NCBI GenBank assembly: GCA_028534125.1
Contig: CM052816.1
Span: 95,296,001 to 95,360,000 of the forward strand
DNA length: 64,000 bases
DNA from: Lama glama
Lineage: Eukaryota
Direction: 5' to 3'
Shown: piece after piece, positions 63,056 through 64,000 of the stretch
How positions within the stretch are numbered: position 1 is the first letter of the stretch
Layout of the letters: each line of letters begins with the position of its first letter
Made by a program: the position numbers and the translations under genes
The notes under the pieces: model-generated
Told to the model about the DNA's origin: nothing
The model's database searches: none
What the model saw: only the letters and a program-made list of their open reading frames with translations

Positions 63056-64000
63056 CTGTAAAACCAAAGAAGGAAAACTCTTTAAGTGTATACAGAACAA
63101 CAGTGAAATGAAAACATGTCCTTCCATAAGTAGAGGGTACTGGTGGTGCTTAACTGAACTCGTCCTGTATGAAAGGGGGTGCGGCAAGGGGCACAGTGGA
63201 ACCTGAGACGGCCACAGCGAAGAGGAGCCCTGTGAACTACGTGCGGAGCTGGGCTGAGTTTTAAAGGCCACAGAGGAACCAACAAAAGGAGGTTCACCAG
63301 AGAGGTCTGAACAGTGAGACTCATGCTTTTGAAGGTCATCGTGGCCACACTGTGGAGAATGAATTAGTGTGGAGAGTTCAAAGCAGGGAAACCAGATGGG
63401 GGGCAGCTGAGGTTAAGGAGAGAGCCACCGTTCACCTCAACGTGGGCCACGAGCAAGGGCTCCAGGTCAGATCAGTGGGACTCGGAGACCACGGAGAGCA
63501 AAGAGCCTGAGGTGACGCAGATGACCTTCAAGGTTTCTGACTTATGCAACTTACTAGTGACCTACAGAGGGAATTCAGTAGAAGAAAAAGATCTGCAAGA
63601 GAAAACTTTGTGCTTGTAACTGTGAACGTACGTTGGCTGTAAGGTCTTGTCAGGATTCCTCGGTACACAAGTGATGAGGTAATGTCTACATGTTGATGTG
63701 TCACAAATGAGCGTCTCTTCAGCATAAAATGTTTCTTTATGCTAAAGAACATTTTTAAAATGTGAATATTTTTCTCACCTGCCTAGAGAAAAAAAACTGT
63801 AGCAAAAAGCTTAATGATCCTCATCTTGCCCTGAGTAGTGAAATCTAAGAAAAAGTCTTTTAAAATCACTCTTTTAGTGGATTTATATTTACAAACAAAG
63901 CATTTGGAGCCAAGTAGCCTTTGACACCGGAAGTGACAAGAACATAACAACGTTAGTAAAGGTGCTCACTTGAGCTCCCAGCCAGCATCACCCACCTAGT

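Noticed and set aside
1..64000. A novel multi-gene biological system
   Set aside because: All convincing coding signal is explained by ROPN1L, MARCHF6 and L1 remnants; nothing else can be supported from sequence alone.

Overview
This is mammalian genomic DNA, most likely from a camelid, based on a tRNA-Ala-derived Vic-1-type SINE and a cetartiodactyl-type L1 3' end. It is orthologous to the human 5p15.2 MARCHF6-ROPN1L locus, and both genes lie on the minus strand. The window holds the last two coding exons and a ~3.6 kb 3' UTR of MARCHF6, and the complete five-exon ROPN1L gene (CDS 51407->35516, 657 nt, 218 aa, all GT-AG introns in phase) with a CpG-island promoter. Positions 1-35 kb are gene-poor, GC/CpG-rich and full of transposon remnants (MLT1 LTRs, L1, L2, MIR, hAT and Tigger MITEs). 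I see no evidence for a new multi-gene system. The most interesting unexplained items are: a 38-bp copy of a MARCHF6 exon fragment inside the next intron; an orphan CTCF/CCAAT/ETS/YY1 promoter-like element with a decayed reading frame at ~2.1-2.6 kb; a three-level LTR16>MER2>MER41-like transposon nest; an isolated internal L1 ORF2 fragment; and ROPN1L peculiarities (R162C, a cryptic human-like C-terminal tail in the 3' UTR, and a tandem splice donor). Repeat family names and ortholog comparisons come from recognising sequences from memory, not from a database search.
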